The position numbers and the translations under genes were made by a program. Source: Vicinamibacteria bacterium (lineage in GTDB: Bacteria; Acidobacteriota; Vicinamibacteria; Marinacidobacterales; Marinacidobacteraceae). From it: a stretch of DNA of 64,000 nt. Shown piece by piece: positions 19,791-30,728 of the stretch. The stretch spans positions 3,616,001-3,680,000 of the forward strand of contig CAXXLQ010000004.1 of the NCBI GenBank assembly GCA_963668695.2, given 5' to 3'. Position 1 is the first letter of the stretch, and every line of letters begins with the position of its first letter. The notes under the pieces were generated by a model. It searched no databases. It was not told the DNA's origin and was given only the letters and a program-made list of their open reading frames with translations.

Positions 19791-20031
19791 GGAATCGTTT
19801 CTGGCGGGAACGGCGGACAGCGCTACGTCTCCCGCTTTCACCTGGGGGGCAGAGGAATCCGTGGGGCCGGCGGCACTCGCGGGGGCAGATCCGGCGGTGA
19901 GCGGACCGCGTGGTCGGCTCAGCACGGAATACAGCGAAGGCAGGGGCGAGAAACGTGGTCCGCCACGCGCTTCATAGACGTAATGGACGCTAACACAGCC
20001 TCCGTGCGACGGCAAATCACGCCGCGTGGGA

Positions 20032-20252
20032 AGGAGCGCCGGTCTTCAGACCGGCATCGCGGCCGCAGGCCGCGAAACTCCCGCTGCTGCCCTCGCCGAT
20101 TCACCGGGCCTAACCGGGGACGGCGAGACGCCGTGGGGACGCGTTGGTGGCGTTGCGCCATCCTCTATTGCGCGCAGCGCCATGCAGGGAATAGCGAGGG
20201 GAGTTTCGCCCCGCTATGCGGCCGCGATGCCGGTGTGAACACCGGCGCTCCT
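20032..20252. repeat. REPIN-like inverted doublet of the GGAGCGCCGGTCTTCAGACCGGCATC palindrome
   Basis: Palindrome at both ends in opposite orientation, with extended complementary flanks (GCGAAACTCCC/GGGAGTTTCGC). Confidence 0.75.
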
Positions 20253-20296
20253 GGAAGTTTCGCGGCCCTGCGCGGCTTCCCGGGCAGGCTCAACGG

Positions 20297-22093
20297 TCAG
20301 TCGTCGCTCGCCCGTTTCGCCGCCAGCGCCATCCCCACCTCGTCCAGCTGCGAGGGATCCACCCCCGCGGGCGAACCGGTCATGAGATCCGTCGCCGAGG
20401 TGGTCTTCGGGAAGGCGATCACGTCCCGCAGACTCGTGCTGCCGGAAGCCAGCATGGCGATGCGGTCGAATCCGAGGGCGATGCCACCGTGGGGCGGCGT
20501 TCCGTATTCCAGAGCCTCGAGGAAGAAACCGAAGCGCTCGGCGGCTTCGGCGGGCGGGATCGCCAGCGCGTCGAAGATGCGCTGCTGCATGGCGCGGTTG
20601 TGGATCCGGATGCTGCCCCCGCCGAGTTCGTGGCCGTTCGCGATGACGTCGTAGGCGAGCGAACGAACGCTGAGCGGATCGGTCGCGAGACGGTCCACGT
20701 CCTCCGGATGGGGACTCGTGAAGGGATGGTGGACCGAGGTGAGGCGTCCCTCCGCCTCCGAATAGTCGAAGAGGGGAAACTCGGTGACCCAGGCCATCGC
20801 GAACTGTCCGGGGGAAGTCCAGCCCTCGCTTGCCGCGAGCGAGCGCCGCAGCGCGCCGAGCGCCTGACACGCGGCCTTCGCCTCGCCGGCGACCATCAGG
20901 AGGAGGTCCGCAGGGCCTCCGCCCGCCGCTTCCAGCAGCGTCCGGAGACGATCGGCCCCGAGGGTCTTCAGGAGCGGCGAGCGGACCTCGCCGTCGCGGA
21001 AGGCCGCCCAGAGGAGGCCGCCGGCGCCCGCCGCGACCGCCGCCGCCTGCAGGTCGTCTAGCCGTTTCCTCGAAAACCCGGCGCATCCGGGCGCGGCGAT
21101 CCCGCGGACCGAGCCGCCGGCGCCGATCACCCGGTCCAGCAGGGGATGGCCCGAGCCGCGGGCCAGCTCGGTGAGATCCGTGATCTCGGCGCCGTAGCGG
21201 AGGTCGGGGCGATCCACCCCGTAGCGGTCCATCGCCTGCTGGTAGGTGAAACGGGGGAAAGGGGGCTTGACCTCGATCTCCACCGCGCCGAGCGCCCGCT
21301 CGAAGAGGCCTTCGGTGATCTCGATGACCTGTTCCGGATCGGCGAAGGACATCTCCATGTCCACCTGGGTGAACTCCGGCTGGCGGTCGGCGCGCAGATC
21401 CTCGTCCCGGAAGCAGCGGACGATCTGGTAGTAGCGATCCGTCCCCCCGATCATCAGCAGTTGCTTGAAGAGCTGCGGCGACTGCGGGAGCGCGTAGAAG
21501 CGGCTGCGATGGACCCGGGACGGCACCAGGTAGTCCCGGGCCCCTTCCGGGGTGGACCGGGTCAGAAACGGAGTCTCGACTTCGAGGAACCCGTGTTCGT
21601 CGAGGTGGCCGCGGACCTCGGTGGCCAGCCGGCCGCGGATCCGCAGGTTGCGTTGCAGCCTCGGGTTCCTGAGGTCCAGATAGCGGTAGCGGAGACGGAG
21701 TTCCTCCGCGACCCCCTCGGAATCGGTCGGCGCGAACGGCGGAGTCCGGGCCTCGCTGAGCACGTGGATGCGCTCGGCCTCGACCTCGATCTTCCCGGTC
21801 TGAATGCCCGGGTTGACCGTCTCCGCTTCACGGGCGAGCACCACCCCCTCGACGGCGATAACCCACCAGGCTCCGAGACGCTTCGCCTCCGCCGCTGGCC
21901 CGGACTCGGGGCGGACCACGATCTGGGTCACGCCGCGATAGTCGCGGAGGTCGAGGAAGAGCAGCCCTCCGAGATCCCGGATGCGCTCCACCCAGCCCAT
22001 CAGGACCACGCGGTTGCCCGCCTGCTCGAGATCGAGCGCCGCGCAGTGGTGGGTGGGACGGGTGGGAACGCTCACGGTACGGGACTCCGGCAT
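20297..22093 (-). CDS. aspS: Aspartate--tRNA ligase
   Basis: RDLGGLLFLDLRD, TPEGARDYLVPSR, FYALPQSPQLFKQ, FRDEDLRADRQPEFTQ, PPHGGIALGFDR. Confidence 0.98.
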   Translation of the reverse strand: MPESRTVSVPTRPTHHCAALDLEQAGNRVVLMGWVERIRDLGGLLFLDLRDYRGVTQIVVRPESGPAAEAKRLGAWWVIAVEGVVLAREAETVNPGIQTGKIEVEAERIHVLSEARTPPFAPTDSEGVAEELRLRYRYLDLRNPRLQRNLRIRGRLATEVRGHLDEHGFLEVETPFLTRSTPEGARDYLVPSRVHRSRFYALPQSPQLFKQLLMIGGTDRYYQIVRCFRDEDLRADRQPEFTQVDMEMSFADPEQVIEITEGLFERALGAVEIEVKPPFPRFTYQQAMDRYGVDRPDLRYGAEITDLTELARGSGHPLLDRVIGAGGSVRGIAAPGCAGFSRKRLDDLQAAAVAAGAGGLLWAAFRDGEVRSPLLKTLGADRLRTLLEAAGGGPADLLLMVAGEAKAACQALGALRRSLAASEGWTSPGQFAMAWVTEFPLFDYSEAEGRLTSVHHPFTSPHPEDVDRLATDPLSVRSLAYDVIANGHELGGGSIRIHNRAMQQRIFDALAIPPAEAAERFGFFLEALEYGTPPHGGIALGFDRIAMLASGSTSLRDVIAFPKTTSATDLMTGSPAGVDPSQLDEVGMALAAKRASDD

Positions 22094-22097
22094 CAAC

Positions 22098-22628
22098 TCA
22101 GGCGGGGTTCGCCTCTCTCAGCCCACTGAGATAGCGGTCCTTCAGTTCGACGTAATGCGCCGCGGAGTCGGCGAGATGGGCGATTTCGGCGTCCGTGAGC
22201 GGTCGCACGACCCTTCCCGGGACGCCGCGGACCAGAACCCGCGGCGGAACCTGGAGACCGGGCGGCACGACCGCGCCGGCCGCCACCATGGCTTCTTCGC
22301 CCACCGAGACGCCGTCGAGAACCACCGACCCCATGCCGATCAGGCTGCGCCGTCCCAGGTGACACCCGTGCAGGATCGCCTGATGGCCGACGGTCACCTC
22401 TTCTTCGACAGTGGTGGCCTCGGCTCCCGCGTTCACGTGCACCACCACCCCGTCCTGCAGATTGGAACGCGCTCCGACCCGGATGAAGTTCACGTCACCG
22501 CGGAGGACGGCGGAAAACCAGATGGAGACGTCCTCGCCAAGCACCACGTCCCCGATGAGCGAGGCGCCGGGAGCCACAAAGGCGCTGGCGGGAACGAGGG
22601 GGGTGTGACCGCCAAACGGATAGATCAT
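22098..22628 (-). CDS. Gamma carbonic anhydrase family protein
   Basis: Hexapeptide repeats; VLRGD, SNLQDGVVVH, VTVGH..LHGC. Confidence 0.9.
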   Translation of the reverse strand: MIYPFGGHTPLVPASAFVAPGASLIGDVVLGEDVSIWFSAVLRGDVNFIRVGARSNLQDGVVVHVNAGAEATTVEEEVTVGHQAILHGCHLGRRSLIGMGSVVLDGVSVGEEAMVAAGAVVPPGLQVPPRVLVRGVPGRVVRPLTDAEIAHLADSAAHYVELKDRYLSGLREANPA

Positions 22629-22933
22629 GGGAGTCGGGGGCTAATGACGGCCTCTTTGAGGATTGGTTCACCGCGAAGCCGGGCCGTCACCGTCACCTGC
22701 GATCTTCATCCAGGCCCGACCCGTTCGGGGACACCGCGAACGCCCGCGGGATGAGGACAAGGACCCGAGGAAACCGCGCGCTCCGGGCCGGTCCGAAAGG
22801 CCGGGCCCGGACGCCGGATCCGACATGGAAGGTGGCGCCGCGCAGGCGCTCCAAGCGGCGCGGAGGGTACCACGCCCTGAACGGCCGTTGGCTACAATGC
22901 GGGCGCGACAATCTGTAGCCGTAACCCCTTCGC

Positions 22934-23833
22934 GTGGCATCCCAAGATCCCCCTCACCGATCGGCCGCGGGTCGTCTGCTGGACGCCGTCCGGGCGTTCA
23001 TGGAGCCGCCCGAGCCGGAGGTCAGCCCCATCACCGGACGCCCGCTGGTCCACCTCGACGCGCGGGCCGGACGTCGCGGATTCGCCTCCGCGATAACCGC
23101 CCACAGCGCCATCGTGGCCCTGATCGTGTTCGGCGTGTTCGCGGCGGAAGAGATCGACGAATCCGGATTCGATCTCCCGGGCCTCGTGTTCCTCGTTCAG
23201 GAGGGACCCGGCGGCGGTGGCGGTGGGGGCGGCGACGAGTCCCCGGAAGAACCGGCCGAAAGCCTGGAACTGGCCGTCCAGAACGCTCCCGAACCCGACG
23301 AACTCTTCCTGCAGGATCCTGAGGCCATCGCAGAAGAGCTTCTGGAGGACGCGGTCAACGCGCCCTTCGCTTCCAACCTGCCGGACCCCGATGCGCTCGC
23401 CAGTTTGATCCGCGACACCTCGAATCTCCTGCGCTACTCCGGCCCCGGTCGTGACCGCGGCGCCGGCACCGGCCAGGGGGGCGGACGGGGCGAAGGAGAT
23501 GGCGACGGAATCGGCGAGGGAACGGGCGGCGGATTCGGCGGGGGCGCCTACCGGATCGGAAGCGGTGTCGAACCGCCCCAACTCCGCCGCCAGGTCACCC
23601 CCGAATACACCGACAACGCCCTGGCGCGGAAGATCGAGGGCATCGTCATCCTCGAAGTCGTCATCCTGAAGAGCGGGCGCGTCGGCCCCGCTCGGATCAT
23701 CCGCAGCCTCGACGCCGGACTCGACGCCAAGGCCGTCGCCGCGGTGCTGCAGTGGACCTTCCTGCCCGGGCGCTACCGCGGCGAGGCGGTGGACGTGCTG
23801 GCGGAGATCGAAGTCGAATTCCGCCTCCTCTGA
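22934..23833 (+). CDS. Energy transducer TonB family protein
   Basis: S-x3-H TM anchor; Gly-rich linker; PEYTDNALARKIEG..LDAKAVAAVLQWTFLPG C-domain. Confidence 0.88.
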   Translation: MASQDPPHRSAAGRLLDAVRAFMEPPEPEVSPITGRPLVHLDARAGRRGFASAITAHSAIVALIVFGVFAAEEIDESGFDLPGLVFLVQEGPGGGGGGGGDESPEEPAESLELAVQNAPEPDELFLQDPEAIAEELLEDAVNAPFASNLPDPDALASLIRDTSNLLRYSGPGRDRGAGTGQGGGRGEGDGDGIGEGTGGGFGGGAYRIGSGVEPPQLRRQVTPEYTDNALARKIEGIVILEVVILKSGRVGPARIIRSLDAGLDAKAVAAVLQWTFLPGRYRGEAVDVLAEIEVEFRLL

Positions 23834-23837
23834 CACC

Positions 23838-24323
23838 ATGACCGACCGGCCGCGTCACTTCTGGCTCATGAAGAGCGAGCCCGAGGTCTACGGCATCGAC
23901 GATCTCGAACGGGACGGCTGGACCCACTGGGACGGGGTCCGGAACTTCAAGGCTCGGAACTACATGAAGGAGATGGAAATCGGGGACGGCGTCCTCTTCT
24001 ACCACTCGAACGCGAAGCCGCCCGGCATCGCCGGGGTGGCCCGGGTCTGCCGCACCGCATACCCGGACTTCACCCAGTTCGATCCGGATTCCCACTACCA
24101 CGACCCCCGCGCCACCAAGGAAAAGCCGTGGTGGTACATGGTGGACATCGAGTTCGTCTCGCGCTTTCCCGAAGAGATTCCCCTGCCCGTCCTTCGCACC
24201 CTCCCGGAGATCGCGGGCATGTCGCTCCTGAAGCGCGGCCAGCGCCTCTCCGTCCAGCGGGTGACCCCCGAGGAGTGGGCGTTCCTCCTCGAGTTCGGCG
24301 GCGCGACCGACGCTTCGGACTAG
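23838..24323 (+). CDS. EVE domain protein
   Basis: WLMKSEP, WDGVRNFKARN, FYHSN, RLSVQRVT. Confidence 0.93.
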   Translation: MTDRPRHFWLMKSEPEVYGIDDLERDGWTHWDGVRNFKARNYMKEMEIGDGVLFYHSNAKPPGIAGVARVCRTAYPDFTQFDPDSHYHDPRATKEKPWWYMVDIEFVSRFPEEIPLPVLRTLPEIAGMSLLKRGQRLSVQRVTPEEWAFLLEFGGATDASD

Positions 24324-24587
24324 CAGTCCGTAGATGAAGTGGGGCGAGGACCGAGAGCGGTGAGGCACCCGGCTGGCAAGGCGCGATTCGGGAGGAATAC
24401 CGAGCGTATTCCGACTGAATCGGAACGCCGAGCAGAGCGGTTCAGCCGGGATGGATCGCCGCTCGTTTCCGAAGCGGGGCGACAGCCGCGCGGAGACCCC
24501 GGAGCGGGAGCGGCTGGGGTCGGGGAACTCGACCTCCAACCGCTTCTGGCTCGGGAATGCCGGTCCACTTCATCCACGGGCTGCTAA
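24320..24587. mobile_element. Hairpin MITE-like element, copy F, carrying the 1790-type module
   Basis: CTAG-CAGTCCGTAGATGAAGTGG...CCACTTCATCCACGGGCTG-CTAA; left flank is the EVE gene stop. Confidence 0.75.
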
Positions 24588-24644
24588 CGACTGCGACCGG
24601 GCTCGCCCCGGTACACTCGCCGCCGTTTCAAACGGAGGTCTTCC

Positions 24645-25946
24645 ATGTTCCACCGCATCTTCACCCTCGCCCTGCTTTTCGGCCTGGCCGCGCCAGCCGC
24701 CGCCCAGGAACTCGGGGTCTGGGACGACCGCATCCAGGAAGCGGTGTCCGGCCTCGAAGGGGAGACCGTCGCCTTCCGCGAGCACCTCCATGAGAACCCG
24801 GAACTCGGGAACCGTGAGTTCGAGACCGCCCGCATGGTGGCCGAACACCTCCGCCAGCTCGGATTCGACGAGGTGCGCGAAGGGATCGCCCACACCGGCG
24901 TCGTCGGCGTCCTGAAGGGCGGAAAGCCCGGAGCGGTGGTGGCGGTGCGCGCCGACATGGACGCGCTGCCGGTGACCGAGGACACCGATCTCCCGTTCGC
25001 CTCCAAGGTGCGCGCCACCTACAACGCCCAGGAAGTCGGGGTAATGCACGCCTGCGGGCACGACGTCCACACCGCCGTCCAGTACGGCGTCGCCTCCGTG
25101 CTCGCCGGAATGCGCGAGGACATTCCGGGCACCATCCTCTTCATCTTCCAGCCCGCCGAGGAGGGGCCTCCCCCGGGTGAGGAGGGCGGCGCGGACCTCA
25201 TGGTGCGCGAGGGCGTCTTCGACGATCCCCGGCCCCAGGCGATCTTCGGCCTCCACACGCTGTCCGGACTCCCGCTGGGCGTGATCGGTTTCACGCCCGG
25301 GCCCGCGCTCGCCGCGGTGGATCACTTCAAGGCCACCATCACCGGGGTCCAGACCCACGGCGCCCAGCCGCAGGCCGGGGTGGACCCGGTGGTCATGGCG
25401 TCCCAGGTCATCCTTGCGCTCCAAACCATCGCCTCGCGCAACGTGCATCCTCTCCAGCCGGTGGTGGTGACGGTCGGCATGGTCCACGGCGGCCAGCGCT
25501 TCAACATCATTCCGGAGACGGTGGACATCGAGGGCACGGTCCGGACCTACGACCCCGAGGTGCGGGATCTGGTCGAAGCCCGGATGAACGAGGTCCTCGG
25601 GGGAATCACCGCGTCCGGCGGCGGTTCCTACTCGCTCGCCTACGACCGTGGCACTCCGGCGACGATCAACGACCGGGAACTGACCGCCGAGAGCATCCTC
25701 ACGGTGATGCAAATCGTGGGCGGTGAGAACACCCAGGAACTCGACCCGACGATGGGCGGCGAGGACTTTGCCTACTTCGCAAACGAGGTCCCCGGGTTCT
25801 TCTACCGGCTCGGGATTCACAAGGAAGACACCCAGACGGGTCCCCACCACTCCCCGTTCTTCCGCGCCGACAACGCCTCGGTGGCGATCGGAATGCGGGT
25901 GATGTCGAACCTCCTGATGGACTACCTCCTCCGCAACGCGTCTTAG
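24645..25946 (+). CDS. M20D family amidohydrolase, exported
   Basis: HLHENPELG, RADMDALP, MHACGHD, FQPAEE, EDF; signal peptide. Confidence 0.92.
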   Translation: MFHRIFTLALLFGLAAPAAAQELGVWDDRIQEAVSGLEGETVAFREHLHENPELGNREFETARMVAEHLRQLGFDEVREGIAHTGVVGVLKGGKPGAVVAVRADMDALPVTEDTDLPFASKVRATYNAQEVGVMHACGHDVHTAVQYGVASVLAGMREDIPGTILFIFQPAEEGPPPGEEGGADLMVREGVFDDPRPQAIFGLHTLSGLPLGVIGFTPGPALAAVDHFKATITGVQTHGAQPQAGVDPVVMASQVILALQTIASRNVHPLQPVVVTVGMVHGGQRFNIIPETVDIEGTVRTYDPEVRDLVEARMNEVLGGITASGGGSYSLAYDRGTPATINDRELTAESILTVMQIVGGENTQELDPTMGGEDFAYFANEVPGFFYRLGIHKEDTQTGPHHSPFFRADNASVAIGMRVMSNLLMDYLLRNAS

Positions 25947-26082
25947 GGTCCGGAACCGTCAGGGACCGCCGGCCAGTTCTCCCGGTGGGGGCCTTCAAGA
26001 CCGGCAACGCCCGCCGCAGGCGGGCAGCACTGCGTACAGCCGTCTCGCGCTGATGGCGCGCGACAGCGGGAACGTCGCCCCC

Positions 26083-27630
26083 CTACCGCGCCTCGCCCAC
26101 CACCCGGACCCGCACCCGCCGCGCATCGCCAGGAAGGTAAGCCAGCGGCAGATCCTCGCGTTCGACCGTCTCCAGCCCTTTCGGATCGGCTCCCGCGGAG
26201 ACGGCGCGGGCCTCAGCCTCTTCCGCCGCCAGGCGGAACGCTTCGTCCCGCCCCACGTTGTGGAACACCTTGTCCACCTCGCCACCGATCCGCGCGATGG
26301 CCGCACCCACTGCGTTCGCGACTCCGGCGTGGGGCACGGTAACCGTCTCTGAAATCCCCTCAAGCCGCGCGGGAACCAGAAAGGCCCCACCCCCCACGGC
26401 GAGCAGCGGACAGTCCCGGGCGTCGGGCTTCATCCGGTCGACCGCTTCGGCGACGGCGTCCCCGACGACTTCCCCAAATCGGTCCACGCTCCGCCGGGAG
26501 AGCCCCCTGACCCGGGCGGAATCGCCGATCGCAGCCCAGCCGGCCGCCACGCCGAAATCCGTGGCCGTCGGCGTGCGCCCCCCGAAGACGAGCCCTTCCT
26601 CGGCAAGGCGGAATCCGACGCTCGCCGGACCCACCGCCGCGCCGTCCTCCGAGACCACGCTCCCGCCTCCGAGCGCGATCGAAAGCAGGTCGGGCATCCG
26701 GAACAGGGTGCGGACGCCTCCAACCTCCACCTCCCGCGGGGCTTCGCGGGGGAACCCGGCGCGCAGATAGCCCACGTCGGTGGTCGTGCCTCCGACATCC
26801 ACCACCACGCCCTCCGAGGCGCCGGAAAGAAACGCCGCGCCCGTCATGCTGTTGGTGGGCCCCGAAGAGAGGCTCAGCACCGGGAACTCGGCGGCCGCCG
26901 CCGCACTGGCGATCGTGCCGTCGTTCCGGGCGATGAACAGCGGCGCGTCCGTTCCGATGGCGGCGACGGCATCGGCGAACGCCTTCGTGACGTGCGCGGC
27001 GAGCGGCCGCAGCGAGGCGTTCAGCAGTCCGGCGTTCTCGCGTCCCAGTAGTCCGATCCTCCCGAGCCGCCGGGACTGGGTGACCGAGGCGTCCGGATGG
27101 ACATCCTGGAGGATCTCGGCGGCCCGGGCCTCGGCGCTGCCATCGAGAGGTGCGAACACCGCGCTGAGCGCGATCTCGAGGAACCCGGCCTTCCGGATCT
27201 CCCTTCCCGCGGCAGCCACGGCCTGCTCGTCGAGCGGCACGATGGGGCGCCCGTCGCACTCGTGGCCTCCCTCGACCATGAAGACCGGGCCCCGCACGAT
27301 GCCGGCGAGCCGGTCGGGCCAGTCGCAAAACGGCGGCAGGGAAGCGCTGGCCGGCAGGCCTACCCGGACCGCGGCCACTCGCGCCAGGCCCGTCCCGGTG
27401 AGGACGGCATTCGTGAAATGGGTAGTCCCGATAACCACCCGGGAAACACCCGAAACCTCGGCCCCACCGCCGAGCACGCCTCGGAGCGCCGTCAGCACCC
27501 CGGAGGTCACGTCTTCTGTGGTCCGGGCCTTGATCTCGGCGAGAACCTTCCCGCCGCGCATCAGCGCGGCGTCGGTGTGGGTGCCGCCGACATCCACGCC
27601 GACGCGCGCCCGGTCAGGGAAAAACGGCAT
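26083..27630 (-). CDS. Hydantoinase A / 5-oxoprolinase N-terminal family protein
   Basis: GVDVGGTHTDA, GTTHFTNA, SGPTNS, DVGGTTTD, SIALGGGS, VANAVGAA. Confidence 0.88.
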   Translation of the reverse strand: MPFFPDRARVGVDVGGTHTDAALMRGGKVLAEIKARTTEDVTSGVLTALRGVLGGGAEVSGVSRVVIGTTHFTNAVLTGTGLARVAAVRVGLPASASLPPFCDWPDRLAGIVRGPVFMVEGGHECDGRPIVPLDEQAVAAAGREIRKAGFLEIALSAVFAPLDGSAEARAAEILQDVHPDASVTQSRRLGRIGLLGRENAGLLNASLRPLAAHVTKAFADAVAAIGTDAPLFIARNDGTIASAAAAAEFPVLSLSSGPTNSMTGAAFLSGASEGVVVDVGGTTTDVGYLRAGFPREAPREVEVGGVRTLFRMPDLLSIALGGGSVVSEDGAAVGPASVGFRLAEEGLVFGGRTPTATDFGVAAGWAAIGDSARVRGLSRRSVDRFGEVVGDAVAEAVDRMKPDARDCPLLAVGGGAFLVPARLEGISETVTVPHAGVANAVGAAIARIGGEVDKVFHNVGRDEAFRLAAEEAEARAVSAGADPKGLETVEREDLPLAYLPGDARRVRVRVVGEAR

Positions 27631-27852
27631 TTCGGCTCAGCATAGAGTGCGGCAACCGGAAGCGACCGCCAGGAGGGCAACCATGACGCCGACAGCGTCT
27701 CAGATCCGCCTGCCGGCAAACAACGGGCGGCGCCGGGGGATCCTGAAATCGCGCCATAACGCAGGCTGAATCTTCATGGGGACACGCCGCCAAGGCTGCG
27801 GGTTATCTTGTGCCGGCGTGATCCTGAGAGCGTTGTTCCCAGGAGACCAATC

Positions 27853-29517
27853 GTGAGCTACGAATTCGATCTTGGACCCTGGTCGCGCAAGGTTTCAACG
27901 AGTTCGGACACTGCCCAGCAGTGGTTTGATCGCGGCCTGAATTGGACCTACGCCTTCAACCACGGGGAGGCGGTTGCCTGCTTCCGGCGAGCGGCGCGCG
28001 AAGACCCGACCTGCGCCATGGCCTGGTGGGGAATAGCGTATGCGACGGGACCCTTCTACAACCGGCCGTGGACCAGCTACTCGGATGCCGAGATTGCGGA
28101 CGCGCTGCCGATTTGTCATGACGCCGTGAGGACTGCGGGTTCGCTTGCCGTCAATGCGAGACCGGCCGAGCAAGCCCTCATTCGATCTCTGGCCAGACGC
28201 TACCAGAATGGCCACGAAAGCGATCCGGAAATCCTGGACGCCTGGCACTCGGCTTATGCCGACGCGATGCGTGACGCTTGCAGGACGCATGAGGATGACG
28301 GCGACATCGCCGCCCTCTATGTCGAGGCCGCGATTACCTGCACTCCGCGTCAGCTCTGGAATCTGAAATCCGGGGAGCCCAACCCGCATGCCCGTACGAA
28401 GGAGGTCATGCGGGTATTGGAACGCTGGATGGACAGGATTGAGCGTGGTCATCCTGTTCATCCAGGAATTCTCCACATGGTTCTCCATACGCTGGAATTG
28501 TCGTCGACGCCGCAGCGCGCCCTAAGGGCTGCTGACATGTTGTGCGGGCTTGCTCCCGACGCCGGTCACCTGCAGCACATGCCGGCGCACATCTATGTGC
28601 TTTGCGGCGACTACGCGCGGTCGCTGTCGCAAAGCGAACACGCCGTCTGCACGGACGACAAGTATCTTGCGTATGCCGGCGACCAGAACTTCTATACCAC
28701 TTCGCGATGTCATGACCTTCACATGTTCATGTATGCCGCCATGTTCCTCGGCCAATATGGCAAAGCCACCTATGCCGCCGAGCGAATCCGCGCGATGGCA
28801 ACGCCGGCACTGATTTCGAAGAGTGCGCCCTTCATGGCCTCCATCCTGGACGGTTACTCCGCCATGTGCACGCACGTCCAGGTTCGCTTTGGCCGCTGGC
28901 ACGAGCTCATCGGATTACCTGCCCCGGTCAAGGATTCGCGCCAGCCGATCGCCGTTGCAATGCATGCCTACGGGCAAGCCGTGGCACACGCCGCGCTCGG
29001 TCATATCGAAGAGGCGGGGGCGGCTCAGTGCGCTTTCGCTGAGGCCACGGCCGCCATTCCCGAGGACGCGATTTTTCTCAGCAATACTGTTCGGGACATG
29101 CTCGGCGTCGGTGCGGCCATGCTGGACGGCGAGTTGCAGTATCGGAAGAGAAACTACGATCGCGCATTCGCCAGTCTGCGCCTGGCAGTCTCCTGTGATG
29201 ACGCGCTGAACTACACCGAACCGTGGGCGTGGATGCACCCACCGCGCCACGCGCTAGGCGCGCTGCTGGCTGAACAGGGCATGTTTCGGGAGGCCGAAGC
29301 GGCATATCGCGCCGACCTCGGCTACGACCAGAGTCTTCCGCGCTGCTGTCAGCACCCCGACAACGTCTGGGCACTGCAAGGGCTTGTTGAATGCCTGGAA
29401 CAGGCGGGGGATGCCAATGACCTTCGGTTTCTCCGCCAGAGGCTGGAGTTCGCGAAAGCCCGCACCGACGTTCCCATCGAGAGCGCCTGTTTTTGTCGGA
29501 GGGGGGCTACTTCCTGA
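27853..29517 (+). CDS. TPR-containing protein of unknown function
   Basis: AQQWFDRGL..YAFNHGEA, GHLQHMPAHIY, YTEPWAWMHPPRHALGALL, HPDNVWAL; RBS AGGAG; visibly lower GC3 than flanks. Confidence 0.8.
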   Translation: MSYEFDLGPWSRKVSTSSDTAQQWFDRGLNWTYAFNHGEAVACFRRAAREDPTCAMAWWGIAYATGPFYNRPWTSYSDAEIADALPICHDAVRTAGSLAVNARPAEQALIRSLARRYQNGHESDPEILDAWHSAYADAMRDACRTHEDDGDIAALYVEAAITCTPRQLWNLKSGEPNPHARTKEVMRVLERWMDRIERGHPVHPGILHMVLHTLELSSTPQRALRAADMLCGLAPDAGHLQHMPAHIYVLCGDYARSLSQSEHAVCTDDKYLAYAGDQNFYTTSRCHDLHMFMYAAMFLGQYGKATYAAERIRAMATPALISKSAPFMASILDGYSAMCTHVQVRFGRWHELIGLPAPVKDSRQPIAVAMHAYGQAVAHAALGHIEEAGAAQCAFAEATAAIPEDAIFLSNTVRDMLGVGAAMLDGELQYRKRNYDRAFASLRLAVSCDDALNYTEPWAWMHPPRHALGALLAEQGMFREAEAAYRADLGYDQSLPRCCQHPDNVWALQGLVECLEQAGDANDLRFLRQRLEFAKARTDVPIESACFCRRGATS

Positions 29518-29642
29518 TTACGCGTGATTCTCAGCCAGGTTGAGCACTCGGCGTGGCGTGAGCGAAGTCTGTAAAGCCGCGCCGTCCAGATAACAGTTGA
29601 GTCGGAGGGCGACCTGCATCCTGGACCGGGACCGCGACTCGC

Positions 29643-30728
29643 TCACGCGAAGAGCGGCTTGAAATCGAGGTCGAACCCGAAGGCGCGCGGTCCCACCAGT
29701 TCGAGCGCGGCTTCGGTCTGGAGCGCAGCCGGCGACGCGAGCGCGATGACCCGAACCCGCTGCCCGTAGGCGATCACCTCGGTCCCGAGGGCCTCACCGG
29801 TCGATGAATCCACCACGGTGAGGATGTCCGGAGTCATTCCGACAGGCTCGCCGTCCCGGAAGGCGACGGCAAACTCGTTTTGGAAGTGGAGTTCCATGGT
29901 GGAGCCGCGGTCTTCGCCGAGTCCCGCGACCGTCGCCACGCCGCGCAGGAACCCGCGCGTCGTGCGGCGTTCCATGTCGGACACCTTGCCCGTGAAGAGC
30001 ACGATCCCCCCTTCCGAGGCCAGGACGGCATCTACCGGGTCTTCACCGCGCTCCCGCGCGTGACGAAGCGCGGCGCCAATCCGCATCGCCCGGGTGACCG
30101 AACCCAGGATTGCGTGGTCCTTGATCTCGCGCCCCGTCCGCGGCGCCTTGGCGGTGGCGGCGATCGAGCCGACCTCGGTCACCACCACCCGACCCAGCCG
30201 CTCCTGCCACTGCCAACTCGCGGCGCGCTCGACGATCACGACGTTGTCGCGGATGTCGGCGAGGCAAAAGGGATAGTTCCGGAGTCCGGCGATGGCGAAG
30301 GTGGTCATCTGGGCCTCGGGGAACGCCCGACCCATGCAGTCGGCGTCCACCACCGGAAGCCCGGTCCGCGCCGCAACCATGAAGCTCTGCAGCGAGTTCG
30401 CGCCCCCGATCTCGAGCGACATCACGGCGACGAAGGGCCGGCCCAGGCGCTCGGCAAGCACCTGGACGGGCCGCGCCGCGACATCGGGATCGGGGAGACG
30501 CTCCTCGCCGACGAGCGGAGCTCCCATCGTGGAGACCACCGCTACCAGGTCGTCGTCGGCAAGGGTGCTCGCCGGGATCACCACCGGGCGGAATCCGCGC
30601 GCCGCCTCCGCCCGCAGGGTCAGCAGCGAGTGGTACGGATTCCCGCCGCCCCCTGCCCCGAGGATCCAGGCGCCGGCGGCGAGATCCTCGATCTCGGTGG
30701 GGGTGAGTTCTCGTGCGCCCGGGGTCAT
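29643..30728 (-). CDS. DUF917 family protein
   Basis: ILGAGGGG, MGAP, EIGGANS, DADCMGRAFPEAQ, GFLRG, FQNE, PDILTVVD. Confidence 0.88.
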   Translation of the reverse strand: MTPGARELTPTEIEDLAAGAWILGAGGGGNPYHSLLTLRAEAARGFRPVVIPASTLADDDLVAVVSTMGAPLVGEERLPDPDVAARPVQVLAERLGRPFVAVMSLEIGGANSLQSFMVAARTGLPVVDADCMGRAFPEAQMTTFAIAGLRNYPFCLADIRDNVVIVERAASWQWQERLGRVVVTEVGSIAATAKAPRTGREIKDHAILGSVTRAMRIGAALRHARERGEDPVDAVLASEGGIVLFTGKVSDMERRTTRGFLRGVATVAGLGEDRGSTMELHFQNEFAVAFRDGEPVGMTPDILTVVDSSTGEALGTEVIAYGQRVRVIALASPAALQTEAALELVGPRAFGFDLDFKPLFA

